64,000 nt of DNA from Streptosporangiaceae bacterium (GCA_051986485.1 JBPYFL010000084.1:68498-132497); one strand, 5' to 3'. Positions 9,916 through 19,567 are shown, counted from the stretch's first letter. A program made the numbers and translations. Notes: a model not told the origin generated them from the letters alone.

Positions 9916-10845
9916 ATGCGGGGTGCGGACGAGACAGAGACGGGACACGGCGGATCCGGTCCGTCGGTGACGGTCCTGGGCACCGGCATCATGGGCTCGG
10001 CGATGGCGCGCAACCTGGTGGCCGCCGGGCTGCGCACCACCGTCTGGGACCGGTCGCCGGAGGCGACCAGGCCGCTGGCGGGCGCGGGCGCCCGGGTGGC
10101 CGCGTCGGCCGCCGATGCGGTCGCCGGCGCCGCCGCCGTGATCACCATGCTGCCGACAGCCGAGGTGGTCGAGTCGGTGGTCTTCGGCGGCGGGGTGGCG
10201 GATACCTTCCCCGAGGGCTGCGCGTGGGCGCAGATGGGCACGATCGGGGTGGACCCGACAATCCGGATCAGGGACCGGATGGCCGCGAGCCGGCCGGGGG
10301 TGATGTTCGTGGACGCCCCGGTCTCGGGCAGCAAGGGCCCGGCCGAGCAGGGCCAGTTGCTCATCCTCGCGGCCGGCCCGCGGCGGGCGTCCGAGGCGCT
10401 GGGGCCGGTGTTCAGCGCGATCGGCCGCAGGACGGTCTGGCTCGGGGTGGCCGGCCAGGGCAGCCAGATGAAGCTGGTCGTCAATGCCTACATGGCCGTC
10501 CTCATCGAGGGCGTGGCGGAGACGATGGAGCTGGCCGACCGGATGGGCATCCCGTACGCGCAGCTATCGGAGGTCATCGAGGGCGGGCCGCTGGACGCCC
10601 CGATCGCCGACGCGAAGTTCCACAAGATGGAGCGCCGCGATTACGCGGCCGAGTTCCCCCTGGAATGGGCGCTCAAGGACGTCGACCTGGCTCTCGCGGC
10701 CGTGAACGGCGGCCCGCTGCCGTTGCTGACCGCGCTGTCGCGGCAGTGGCAGCGGGCGGTCGCCGCCGGATACGGGCGCGCCGACATCAGCGCGGCCCGG
10801 CTGGCCCTGGGCGCGCAGCAGTCCCCCGAGCGCTCGGCGAAGTAG
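9916..10845 (+). CDS. NAD(P)-dependent beta-hydroxyacid dehydrogenase (3-hydroxyisobutyrate dehydrogenase family)
   Basis: A Rossmann motif (VLGTGIMGSAMARNL) and the family signature (DAPVSGS) are present. The true start may be internal. Confidence 0.75.
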   Translation: MRGADETETGHGGSGPSVTVLGTGIMGSAMARNLVAAGLRTTVWDRSPEATRPLAGAGARVAASAADAVAGAAAVITMLPTAEVVESVVFGGGVADTFPEGCAWAQMGTIGVDPTIRIRDRMAASRPGVMFVDAPVSGSKGPAEQGQLLILAAGPRRASEALGPVFSAIGRRTVWLGVAGQGSQMKLVVNAYMAVLIEGVAETMELADRMGIPYAQLSEVIEGGPLDAPIADAKFHKMERRDYAAEFPLEWALKDVDLALAAVNGGPLPLLTALSRQWQRAVAAGYGRADISAARLALGAQQSPERSAK

Positions 10846-10853
10846 CGCCGGCC

Positions 10854-12743
10854 ATGACCGCAGCCCGGCCGGCCGAAAGCCCCGGCCTCGACAGCACGGC
10901 GTGGGCGCGAAGCCTGCAGACGCCGCTGCGGCAGTTCTTGCGCACCGAGACCGGAAGCGCCGCGGTGCTGCTCGGGGCGACGATCGCGGCCCTCGCCTGG
11001 GTCAACATCGCGCCCGGCTCCTACCACTCGGTGTGGGGGACGCGGATCTCGGTCAACGTCGGCAGCTTCAGCATCGCCGACACGCTCCAGCTCTGGGTCA
11101 ACTCCGGCCTGATGACGTTCTTCTTCCTGGTGATCGGGCTGGAGGCGCGCCGTGAGTTCGATATGGGCGAGCTGAGGCGGCGGAGCCGGCTCGCCCTTCC
11201 GGTGGCGGCCGGGCTGTTCGGGATGGCCGTGCCAATCGCGATCTACCTGGCGTTCAACGCCGGGAGGCCGTCCGCGCACGGCTGGGGCACGACGATGTCC
11301 ACCGACACGGCGTTCGCCCTCGGGGCCCTGGCCCTGGTCGGCCGAAGCCTGCCGGATCGTGTCCGCACCTACCTGCTGACCATCGCGGTGGTGGACGACG
11401 TGGCCGGCATCGTGGTCATCGCCGTCGTCTACAGCGGCCGCATCCGGCTGGACGCCCTGGCGACCGGGGTCGGGCTGCTCGCCCTGGTCGCGGTCGCCCG
11501 GTACCGCGGCGTCCGCAACGGCCCGGTGTACCTGGTGCTGGGGCTGGCGTCGTGGGTGGCGTTCTTCAAATCCGGGGTGGACCCGGTCGTCGTGGGGCTG
11601 GCGATCGGGCTGCTCGCCTACGCGCACCCGGCGGCGCGAACCGATCTCGAACAGGCCAGCGAGGCGTTCCGCTCGTTCCGGGAGCAGCCGACGCCGGAAC
11701 TCGCCCGGACCGCGCGGGAGGGGGTGGGGGCGGCGCTCTCGCCCAACGACCGGCTGCAGGAGATCTTCCACCCGCCGGCCAGCTACGTGATCGTGCCGCT
11801 CTTCGCGCTCGCCAACGCCGGGATCGTGATCAACGAGTCCTTCCTCGCCAATGCGTTCACCTCGCCGGTGACGCTGGGCATCCTGGTGGGCTACGTCGTC
11901 GGCAAGCCGGCCGGCACGTTCGCCGCCGCGTGGCTGGTGAGCCGGGCGAGCCGCGGCCGGATCACCCCGCCGGTCGGCTGGGCGGCCGTCGCCGGCGCGG
12001 GGACGATCGCCGGCGTCGGCTTCACCGTCTCCCTGCTCATCGCCTCGCTCGCTTTCACCGGCTCCGGCCTGGCCGAGGCGAAGCTCGGCATCCTCACTGC
12101 GGCGCTGGTCGCGTCGGTCGCGACCTGGATCCTGTTCCGGCTCACCGCGCTGCTGCCGAAACGGACCCGGCTGCGTGCCATCATCGGCACCGCGGAGGTG
12201 ATCACGGATCTGGCCGTGCCGGTGGACCCGGAACGCGATCACCTGCGGGGACCGAAGGGCGCGCCGGTCACCGTGGTGGAGTACGGCGACTTCGAATGCC
12301 CGTACTGCGGGCTGGCCGAACCGGTGGTCCGGGAGCTGCTTTCCGACTTCGGGGATGTGCGCTACGTCTTTCGGCACCTGCCGCTGGAGGACGTGCACCC
12401 GGACGCCAGGCTGGCCGCGGAGGCGTCGGAGGCCGCGGCCCGGCAGGGCGCGTTCTGGCCGATGCATGACCTGCTGATGGAGCGGCAGGACGCGCTGCAG
12501 CCGCAGGACCTGATGCGTTACGCCGGCGAAATCGGCCTCGACACCGCCCGGTTCAGCAAGGACCTGCGGCATCACGCCGGGGCTGACCGGATCGACGAGG
12601 ACGTCGATTCCGCCGACCTGTCCGGCGTGTCCGGGACGCCGACGTTCTTCGTCAATGGCCGGCGCCACCACGGCGCGTACGACATCGCGGCACTGTCGGA
12701 TGCGGTGATCGCCGCCCGGGCCCGCGCTCTGATCACCGCCTGA
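10854..12743 (+). CDS. nhaA: Na+/H+ antiporter NhaA fused to C-terminal DsbA-like thioredoxin domain
   Basis: The N-terminal ~400 aa is a polytopic NhaA fold (AIxDDxGAI-like VVDDVAGIVVIAV). The C-terminal ~190 aa carries CPYC in a DsbA/thioredoxin-fold context (VVEYGDFECPYCG ... GVSGTPTFFVNG). Confidence 0.8.
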   Translation: MTAARPAESPGLDSTAWARSLQTPLRQFLRTETGSAAVLLGATIAALAWVNIAPGSYHSVWGTRISVNVGSFSIADTLQLWVNSGLMTFFFLVIGLEARREFDMGELRRRSRLALPVAAGLFGMAVPIAIYLAFNAGRPSAHGWGTTMSTDTAFALGALALVGRSLPDRVRTYLLTIAVVDDVAGIVVIAVVYSGRIRLDALATGVGLLALVAVARYRGVRNGPVYLVLGLASWVAFFKSGVDPVVVGLAIGLLAYAHPAARTDLEQASEAFRSFREQPTPELARTAREGVGAALSPNDRLQEIFHPPASYVIVPLFALANAGIVINESFLANAFTSPVTLGILVGYVVGKPAGTFAAAWLVSRASRGRITPPVGWAAVAGAGTIAGVGFTVSLLIASLAFTGSGLAEAKLGILTAALVASVATWILFRLTALLPKRTRLRAIIGTAEVITDLAVPVDPERDHLRGPKGAPVTVVEYGDFECPYCGLAEPVVRELLSDFGDVRYVFRHLPLEDVHPDARLAAEASEAAARQGAFWPMHDLLMERQDALQPQDLMRYAGEIGLDTARFSKDLRHHAGADRIDEDVDSADLSGVSGTPTFFVNGRRHHGAYDIAALSDAVIAARARALITA

Positions 12744-12758
12744 CGCCCGGCCACAGAC

Positions 12759-12814
12759 CATGATCGTTGGAAGCTTGTGTGCGCTATCACGCACACAAGC
12801 TTCCAACGATCATG
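12759..12814. repeat. 56-bp perfect palindromic element (25-bp arms, CATGATCGTTGGAAGCTTGTGTGCG / 6-bp centre), copy A of a 3-member family
   Basis: Read directly in the sequence. It lies 16 bp after the nhaA-dsbA stop. Related copies sit at 38312-38363 and 40688-40744. Confidence 0.8.
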
Positions 12815-12822
12815 TGAGGTGC

Positions 12823-13260
12823 CTAGTGGGACCGCCTGCGCGACCGGTCGGTGATGCCGTCCGCGACGAGCGTGAGGCCCATTCCCAGCATCCACGAGTC
12901 CTTGGCCAGCGGGATGCCCTGGCGGGTCGGGAAGATGCTGCCCTCCTTGCGCATCCCGGGCGTTGTGACGTACAGGCCCAGCAGCGCGCCGGAGAACGCC
13001 GTCAGGCCCGCGCCAGCGACGGCGGCGGGCACGAACGGCGCCAGCAGCGCTGCCCCGAGCCCGATCTCACCGGCGGCGAGCAGCCGGGCGAACTGCTCCG
13101 GCTTCAGCTTCCCGAGGACCGGGTACGTGCTCGCCGCGGTCTCGTGCAGGTGCGCGGCGGTCTCGTCGTCGGCGGACAGCTTCTCGATCCCGGAGTTCAA
13201 GATGAACGCGCCCGCCGAAAACCGTGCCGGCAGATGGCGCGCCCGTAGCCGCATTCTCAT
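12823..13260 (-). CDS. DoxX-like small membrane protein
   Basis: 145 aa with three to four predicted TM helices. The Gly/Ala-rich hydrophobic core resembles DoxX-family proteins. The assignment is weak. Confidence 0.4.
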   Translation of the reverse strand: MRMRLRARHLPARFSAGAFILNSGIEKLSADDETAAHLHETAASTYPVLGKLKPEQFARLLAAGEIGLGAALLAPFVPAAVAGAGLTAFSGALLGLYVTTPGMRKEGSIFPTRQGIPLAKDSWMLGMGLTLVADGITDRSRRRSH

Positions 13261-13312
13261 ATCGCTCCTCGTCTCTCTCGCCGTGTCAGCTAACCGCGCA
13301 GCAGCCGGTCAA

Positions 13313-13482
13313 ACCGGCGGCCGCCGCTGACCGTAGCGAATCAGCCGATCACCGGCAATAACGGCCGCGCCGACGACGCCCGCGAACAGGATCAGCAGGC
13401 CGACGACGAACAGATCGGCCTCGACCAGACCGAGCGCGCCGACGCCGAGCCCGAGTCCGATGACCAGGATCACAGCGCCCAT
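13313..13482 (-). CDS. Small hydrophobic protein (~55 aa, two TM), hypothetical
   Basis: An ATG at 13482 (reverse complement) followed by MGAVILVIGLGLGVGALGLVEADLFVVGLLILFAGVVGAAVIAG.... It falls below the ORF-track length cutoff. The coordinates are approximate. Confidence 0.25.
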
Positions 13483-13677
13483 GTAACCGCGCCCTCCGCC
13501 GTTTCCAGCCGCCCATCTGAGAAGCTCGGATCTGTGCCGCGTGTACCCGGGCCAATCCGGCGGTACACCTAGCGCGACGGGGTCTCCCGCTCGGCCGGCC
13601 GAGGCAGCGGAAGGGGTTACGCGATGAGCGTGGGGGCTGGTGTCCTGGCCGCGGGCCCGCTGCCCGCCCGGTCGCAG

Positions 13678-15009
13678 ATGGCGTCATCACTCGGGTTCCA
13701 CATCATCCTCGCGTGCTTCGGGATCGCGTTCCCGGCCGTCATCCTGATCGCCGAGTGGATCGGGATCAGGCGCGGCGACGCCGCGGCGCTGCTGCTGGCA
13801 CGCCGCTGGTCGAAGATCTTGGCGGTGCTCGTCGCGGTCGGCGCGGTTTCCGGGACGGTGCTGTCGTACGAGATGGGCCTGCTGTGGCCCGGGCTGATGG
13901 GCCGCTTCGGCGCGACGATCGGGATCCCGTTCTCCATCGAGGGGATCTTCTTCTTCCTGGAGGCCATCTCGCTGGGCGTGTACCTCTACGGCTGGCGGCG
14001 GCTTTCGCCCTGGGGGCACTGGTGGAGCGGCGTGCCGATGGTGGTCGCGGGGATCCTCGGCGCGCTGTCGGTGATCGCCGCGAACTCCTGGATGAACTCG
14101 CCCGCCGGGTACACGCTCAGCCACGGCAAGGTGACGTCGGTGGACCCGCTGTCGGTCTACTTCAACGCCTCGACCCCGTATGAGACCCCGCACATGATCC
14201 TCGCCGCGTACATGGTGGTGGGGTTCATCGTCGCGGGCGTGTACGCGGTCGGGCTGCTGCGCGGCCGCCGGGACCGGTACCACCGGCTGGGCTTCCTCAT
14301 CCCGTTCACGCTCGCCGGGATCGCGGCCCCGCTGCAGGTGATGATGGGCGACATCATCACCCGGTTCGTCGCGAACAACCAGCCGGTCAAGTTCGCGGCG
14401 ATCGAATACGTCGCCCGCAGCACCCGGTACGCCCCGGAGTACGTCGGCGGCATCCTGGTGAACGGCCGCGTCTACTTCGGCGCCACCATCCCGTGGCTGG
14501 ACTCGATCCTGGTCGGCTTCTCGCCGCGGACCCGGGTCATCGGCTGGGACACCGTCCCGCCGTCGCTGCGGCCGCCGGTGCCCACCCTGATCCACCTGAG
14601 CTTCGACCTGATGGTCGGCATCGGTTTCGCGCTGTTCGCCCTGGCGGCCTGGCAGGCCTGGTGGTGGCGGTTGCACCGCCGGCCGCTGCTGACGCCCTGG
14701 TTCCTGGTGCCCGCGGCGCTCAGCGGCGTCGCCGCGGTCACGGCGATGGAAGCGGGGTGGACCGTCACCGAGGTCGGCCGCCAGCCGTGGATCGTCTACC
14801 GGGTGATGCTCACCAGCGACGCGGTCACCCCGTCGAACGGGGTGGTCGTCACCCTCGCCGTGATCCTCGTCCTCTACGCGATCATGACCGTGGTCTCGAT
14901 CGGCGTGCCGATGCTGATGTCGCGGCGCTGGATGCGGGAGAAGCCCGGCGAAGAGGAGGCCGAGCAGGTGCCCTACGGGCCTCCGCCGGCCGGGAGGCAG
15001 GCGCTGTGA
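13678..15009 (+). CDS. cydA: Cytochrome bd ubiquinol oxidase subunit I
   Basis: Polytopic protein with a Q-loop region and conserved CydA segments (GWTVTEVGRQPW). An alternative start lies at 13624. Confidence 0.85.
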   Translation: MASSLGFHIILACFGIAFPAVILIAEWIGIRRGDAAALLLARRWSKILAVLVAVGAVSGTVLSYEMGLLWPGLMGRFGATIGIPFSIEGIFFFLEAISLGVYLYGWRRLSPWGHWWSGVPMVVAGILGALSVIAANSWMNSPAGYTLSHGKVTSVDPLSVYFNASTPYETPHMILAAYMVVGFIVAGVYAVGLLRGRRDRYHRLGFLIPFTLAGIAAPLQVMMGDIITRFVANNQPVKFAAIEYVARSTRYAPEYVGGILVNGRVYFGATIPWLDSILVGFSPRTRVIGWDTVPPSLRPPVPTLIHLSFDLMVGIGFALFALAAWQAWWWRLHRRPLLTPWFLVPAALSGVAAVTAMEAGWTVTEVGRQPWIVYRVMLTSDAVTPSNGVVVTLAVILVLYAIMTVVSIGVPMLMSRRWMREKPGEEEAEQVPYGPPPAGRQAL

Positions 15010-16181
15010 GCCCGTCGCCGGAGGCGATCGCGACCGCGGCGGTGATGTTCGTCGCCCTCGCCGCCTACGCCCTGTTCGGCGGGGCGGACTTCGGCGGCGG
15101 GATCTGGGACCTGCTGGCGGGCGGCACCCGCCGCGGCGCCGCCCCGCGGGAACTGATCGACGAGGCCATCACCCCGGTCTGGGAAGCCAACCACGTGTGG
15201 CTGATCTTCGTCCTGGTGCTGCTGTGGACGGGGTTCCCGCCCGCGTTCGCCGCCGTGATGACCGCGCTGTTCGTCCCGCTCAGCCTGTCGCTGCTGGGGA
15301 TCTTCCTGCGGGGCGTCGGGTTCGCCTTCCGGCACACCTCGGAGCGGACGCGGATGCAGCAGCTCAACGGCGCGACGTTCGCAGCCTCCTCGCTGATCAC
15401 GCCGTTCTTCCTGGGGACCGTGATCGGCGCCGTCGCCACCGGCAAGGTTCCCGCGCATCCGTCCGGGAACGTGCTGGCGGCCTGGACCTCGCTGACCGCC
15501 GTGCTGACCGGGGTGCTGTTCGTCGCCGCCTGCGCCTACATCAGCGCGGTCTTCCTCGCGCTGGAGGCCCGGCTGCGCGGGCACCAGGAACTGGTCGGCT
15601 ACTTCGTGCTGCGCGCCACGGCCGCGGGGGCGGTCACCGGGGTGCTGGCCGGCGGCACGTTCGCGGAGCTTTCCCGCAGCGCGCCGCACGTCTTCCACGG
15701 CCTGACCGGCCGTGCGCTGCCGCTGGTGGCGGTCTCGATCGCCGCCGGGATCGCGGTGCTCGCGATGACCTGGCTGCGCTGGTACCCGGGGCTGCGGGTG
15801 ACCGCCGCGATCGCCGTGGTCGCGGTGGTGTGGGGCTGGGGCGTGGCACAGTACCCCGACCTCATTCCGGGCCAGATCTCGCTCGCCGCCGGCAGCGCGC
15901 CCGCCGGTGCCCTGGTGGCGGAGCTGGCCATCGCCGGCCTCGCGGCGGTGCTCGTCGGCCCGGCGTTCGTGATGCTCTACGTGCTGCAGCAGCGGCGGAT
16001 GCTCACCGAAGCCGAGTCCGCGTCCGACCTGCGCAACGCCGCCCACCTCGCACCGGCCCGGCCCGGCGGGCAGGCGCCCGCCGCCACGCCGGCCACCTCC
16101 CGGGTCACCCGGGTGGTGGTGCTCGCGCTGCTGGCCATCAGGGCCATCAGGGACGTGTTCTCGCCGGGCCGCGGGGGCTGA
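15006..16181 (+). CDS. cydB: Cytochrome bd ubiquinol oxidase subunit II
   Basis: A GTG start overlaps the cydA stop (GTGA). The protein is polytopic and carries a CydB-like N-terminus (YALFGGADFGGGIWDL). Confidence 0.8.
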   Translation: MSPSPEAIATAAVMFVALAAYALFGGADFGGGIWDLLAGGTRRGAAPRELIDEAITPVWEANHVWLIFVLVLLWTGFPPAFAAVMTALFVPLSLSLLGIFLRGVGFAFRHTSERTRMQQLNGATFAASSLITPFFLGTVIGAVATGKVPAHPSGNVLAAWTSLTAVLTGVLFVAACAYISAVFLALEARLRGHQELVGYFVLRATAAGAVTGVLAGGTFAELSRSAPHVFHGLTGRALPLVAVSIAAGIAVLAMTWLRWYPGLRVTAAIAVVAVVWGWGVAQYPDLIPGQISLAAGSAPAGALVAELAIAGLAAVLVGPAFVMLYVLQQRRMLTEAESASDLRNAAHLAPARPGGQAPAATPATSRVTRVVVLALLAIRAIRDVFSPGRGG

Positions 16182-16216
16182 GAGGCGGCGTCCCCGGGGA
16201 GGCGCCCGCGGGATCG

Positions 16217-17854
16217 CTACTGGACGGGCGGGAGGACCTGGGTGGCGTCCAGCACGGTGCGGAACGGGTCGCCTCGGCCGGCCACCCGGTCCAGCACGGT
16301 GCGGATGGTGAAGCCGTCCGGGCGCAGCGAGGGATCGTCGAGCTCGTCCCAGTCGATCGGCGCGGACACCGGCGCCCCTGCCGCCGGGCGCGGGCTGTAC
16401 GGGGCGACGAGGGTCTTGTTGATCGCGTTCTGGGTGTAGTCGAGCCGGGCCTGGCCGCCGCGCTCGCGCACGTCCCACTTCCAGCTCACCAGGTCCGGCA
16501 CCGCCGCGCCCACGGCCCTGGACAGCTGCTCCACCCAGGCGCGGGTCTCGGCGAAGCTCTTGCCCCGCGCGATCGGGATCCAGATCTGGATGCCGCGCCG
16601 TCCGGTCACCTTGGGCTGTGCCCGCACGCCGAGGTGCGCCAGCGCGGTCCGGTGCAGCCGGGCGAGCACCAGGATCTGCTCCCAGGTGGTGGACGAACCG
16701 GGGTCGATGTCGATCAGCGCATAGGTCGGCTGCCGCGGCTGGTCGGTGCGCGATGTCCAGGCGTGCCACTCCAGCGCCCCGAAGTTGGCCGCCCAGATCA
16801 GCGCCGCCGGCTCGTTCACCACCAGGTACGTGCTGGTCTCGCCCGGGCCGGCCTCCGGGTTGTGCCACCGGGGGACCCAGTCGGGGGCGTGGTCGGGCAG
16901 TTGCTTGTGCCAGAAGCCCGGCTGGTCCGCCCCGCCGGGGAACCGGTTCATGTTCAGCGCCCGCCCGGCCAGGTAGGGCAGCGCCACCGGGGCGATCCGG
17001 GCCGCGTACCGGATGAACTCGCGCTTGGTGACCGGCGGGTTCCCGTCTAGGCCGGGGAACAGCACCTTGTCGAGGTTGGTCAGCCGCAGCAGGCGCCCGT
17101 ACACCTCCCAGGTCCCGGTCGCGCCGAACCCGTCCAGGGCGGCCAGTTCGTCCTCGCTGGGACCGGGCACGTCCGGGGCGGCCTTCTCGCGCAGCGGCAC
17201 CGACGCCTGCGACGGCGGCAGGTCGGACTGCCACATCCGGTCCGGGTCGGCCTTGACCTCGTCGTTGGTCCGGCCGCTGAGCACCGACGCCGGGTGCTGC
17301 TCCGGATCCCAGCCCGGGACCGCGAACTCGTCGTGCTTGTGCAGCAGCAGCCACTGGTTGCCGTCCGAGCCGTCCCGTCCGGTCCGCACCAGGACCAGAC
17401 GGCCACGGAGCTTCTCGCCGTGCACGTCGGCGTGCAGCTCGCCGGAGGCGACCGCCTTGGCCGGGTCATCGGTGGCGTGCGGCTCCCAGGTACCGCGGTC
17501 CCACACGATCACGTCGCCGCCGCCGTACTCGCCGCGCGGGATCACCCCCTCGAAGTTCAGGTACTCGATCGGGTGATCCTCGACGTGGATCGCCTGGCGC
17601 CTGACACCCGGGTCGAGCGTCGGGCCCTTCGGCACCGCCCAGCTGACCAGCACGCCGTCGATCTCGAACCGGAGGTCATAGTGCAGCCGGCGGGCGCGGT
17701 GGCGCTGCACCACGAACCGCTGCGCGGCGGGTCCGCCATCGGACGTTGCCGCACCGGAGGGCTCGGGGGTGCGGGAGAAATCCCGTTTCGCCTGATATTC
17801 GGCAAGCGGACGGTGACCCGATGAGCCTTTCCGCCCTCGGCTGGCCGGGGGCAT
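16217..17854 (-). CDS. LigD-like NHEJ protein: 3'-phosphoesterase domain + polymerase/primase domain (no ligase domain)
   Basis: The N-terminal phosphoesterase signature is RFVVQRHRARRLHYDLRFEIDGVLVSWAVPKGP. The C-terminal LigD polymerase domain is present. The start was taken at the internal ATG, M58 of the ORF. Confidence 0.75.
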   Translation of the reverse strand: MPPASRGRKGSSGHRPLAEYQAKRDFSRTPEPSGAATSDGGPAAQRFVVQRHRARRLHYDLRFEIDGVLVSWAVPKGPTLDPGVRRQAIHVEDHPIEYLNFEGVIPRGEYGGGDVIVWDRGTWEPHATDDPAKAVASGELHADVHGEKLRGRLVLVRTGRDGSDGNQWLLLHKHDEFAVPGWDPEQHPASVLSGRTNDEVKADPDRMWQSDLPPSQASVPLREKAAPDVPGPSEDELAALDGFGATGTWEVYGRLLRLTNLDKVLFPGLDGNPPVTKREFIRYAARIAPVALPYLAGRALNMNRFPGGADQPGFWHKQLPDHAPDWVPRWHNPEAGPGETSTYLVVNEPAALIWAANFGALEWHAWTSRTDQPRQPTYALIDIDPGSSTTWEQILVLARLHRTALAHLGVRAQPKVTGRRGIQIWIPIARGKSFAETRAWVEQLSRAVGAAVPDLVSWKWDVRERGGQARLDYTQNAINKTLVAPYSPRPAAGAPVSAPIDWDELDDPSLRPDGFTIRTVLDRVAGRGDPFRTVLDATQVLPPVQ

Positions 17855-18075
17855 CTCAGCCGCCTGCCCCGTTTGTCCGCGCCGCTCCCGGCATGACAAC
17901 CACTCTAGACAGCCGGCGGGTACCGTCACGGCCGGTGACGTGTCCGCGTTCGCGCCGGATGTCCATTCACGGACGGTTAGCGGACGGGTACGAAAAGTGA
18001 GTGTCAGATAACAGCGCGTCATCACCCCGGAGTCGGGGCCGGACCATCCGGGTGACCCGGCCGCGGGCGTTCCCG

Positions 18076-18711
18076 ATGCCCGAAATCGCCGTGGGCGTCT
18101 ATGCGGTCACCGCCACCGCCGGGCTGCTCGATGCGGCATCGTTCCTGGGCCTCGGCCATGTCTTCGTCGAGACGATGACCGGCAACGTGATCTTCCTCGC
18201 GTTTGCCGTGGGCACCAACGGGCGCGGCTTCCCGGTGTACCTCTACGCCCTCGGCGCATTCGCGGTCGGCGCGGTGTTCGCCGGCCGGCTGATCCGGCTG
18301 GGGCACCCGGGCAGGCGGGCCGGCTTCACCGCGACCGTGCTCCTGATCGGCGCCGCGGTGCTTTACACGGCACTGACACACCCCGGACCAGTAGACGGGC
18401 CCCGCTATGGGGTGATCGTGATCCTCTCGGCGGCGATGGGGATCCAGAACGCCCTGCTGCGTAAATGGGGAGTCCCCGACCTTGCCACCAACGTCATCAC
18501 GCTCACTCTGTGCGGCCTGCTCGCCGAGTCGACGCTGGCCGGCGGCAGCAACCCCCGGTTCGTCCGGCGGGCCGGCTCCATCCTGATTTTCGGCGTCAGT
18601 GCGGGATTCGGCGCGTTCCTTTCCCGCTACGGGGTGCTGTGGCCGATGCTGGCCGCGTTCGTCGTGTTCGCCCTGGACCTGCCGATCCTGCTGCAGCCGC
18701 TCAGCGAGTAA
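18076..18711 (+). CDS. DUF1275/YoaK family membrane protein
   Basis: Six predicted TM segments with a repeating G-rich helical pattern (GLGHVFVETMTGNVIFLAFAV). Confidence 0.55.
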   Translation: MPEIAVGVYAVTATAGLLDAASFLGLGHVFVETMTGNVIFLAFAVGTNGRGFPVYLYALGAFAVGAVFAGRLIRLGHPGRRAGFTATVLLIGAAVLYTALTHPGPVDGPRYGVIVILSAAMGIQNALLRKWGVPDLATNVITLTLCGLLAESTLAGGSNPRFVRRAGSILIFGVSAGFGAFLSRYGVLWPMLAAFVVFALDLPILLQPLSE

Positions 18712-19567
18712 CGAGGGCGGTCTCGCCGAGCATGTCGTCCAGCGACCGCGCCGGGCGGCCGGTCAGCCGCTGGACGGTGTCGCTGATGCCGGCGGCGTAG
18801 CCGTCGGTTCCCGACCGGCGGTAGTCCTGGTACAGGCCGACGAGCGCGCTCGCGAACCAGGCGTTCAGGCCGGCGCCGACGAGCGCTTGACGTACCGCGT
18901 CGTCGGGCGCATCGACGTAGGTGACTTTGTGCCCCATCGCCCGGGTGAGCTTGGCGGCGACATCGCTGTACGACAGCGCCTCGGGCCCGGTGACGTCGTA
19001 GCGGGCACCGGCGTGCCCGCGCTCGGTCAGGGCGATCGCGGCAACCGCCGCCACGTCGCGGGTGTCAACCATGCTGATGCGGGCCTCGCCCGCGTCGACG
19101 TAGAAGTTCCCCGACGCGTCGATGGCCGGCACCGTCGATTCGGGGATGTTCTGCAGGAAGAGGTTCGGCCGGACGATCACGTGGTCAAGCCCTGACTCCG
19201 CGAGATACCGGTCGCAGGCGGTATGGGCGCTGATGAACTCCGCCGGGGTTTCCCGGTCGGCTCCGATGATCGAGCTGCGCACCAGCAGCCGCACGTTTGT
19301 CCGGCGGGCCGCGTCGATGGCGTTGCGATGCCAGGTGACCGCGTCCGGGTGAGGGCTGGAGATCAGGAACGCCTTCTCGATCCCCGCCATCGCGCTCACC
19401 AGCGAGCCTTCGTCGGCGAGATCGCCGGTGACGATCTCGGCCCCCGCGGGGACGCCGGCGGCGGTCTCGGTCCTGCGCGCCAATACCCGCACCTGTTCCC
19501 CTCGGCGCAGCAGCTCCCCGATCAGCGCGTTGCCGATCTTGCTTCGGCCTCCGATGACCAGAATCAT
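18701..19567 (-). CDS. NmrA-like / atypical SDR NAD(P)H-binding protein
   Basis: A Rossmann motif (MILVIGGRSKIGNALIGELLRRG) is present. A GGGGGGAAG RBS precedes the start. The gene is divergent from a LysR regulator. Confidence 0.75.
   Translation of the reverse strand: MILVIGGRSKIGNALIGELLRRGEQVRVLARRTETAAGVPAGAEIVTGDLADEGSLVSAMAGIEKAFLISSPHPDAVTWHRNAIDAARRTNVRLLVRSSIIGADRETPAEFISAHTACDRYLAESGLDHVIVRPNLFLQNIPESTVPAIDASGNFYVDAGEARISMVDTRDVAAVAAIALTERGHAGARYDVTGPEALSYSDVAAKLTRAMGHKVTYVDAPDDAVRQALVGAGLNAWFASALVGLYQDYRRSGTDGYAAGISDTVQRLTGRPARSLDDMLGETALVTR

Noticed and set aside
9156-12743. 1195-aa ORF spanning the dehydrogenase and nhaA region in one frame
   Set aside because: The first ~560 aa are Arg/Gly-rich low-complexity sequence overlapping the AKR and HIBADH genes in other frames. 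The real NhaA-DsbA protein starts at the ATG at 10854.
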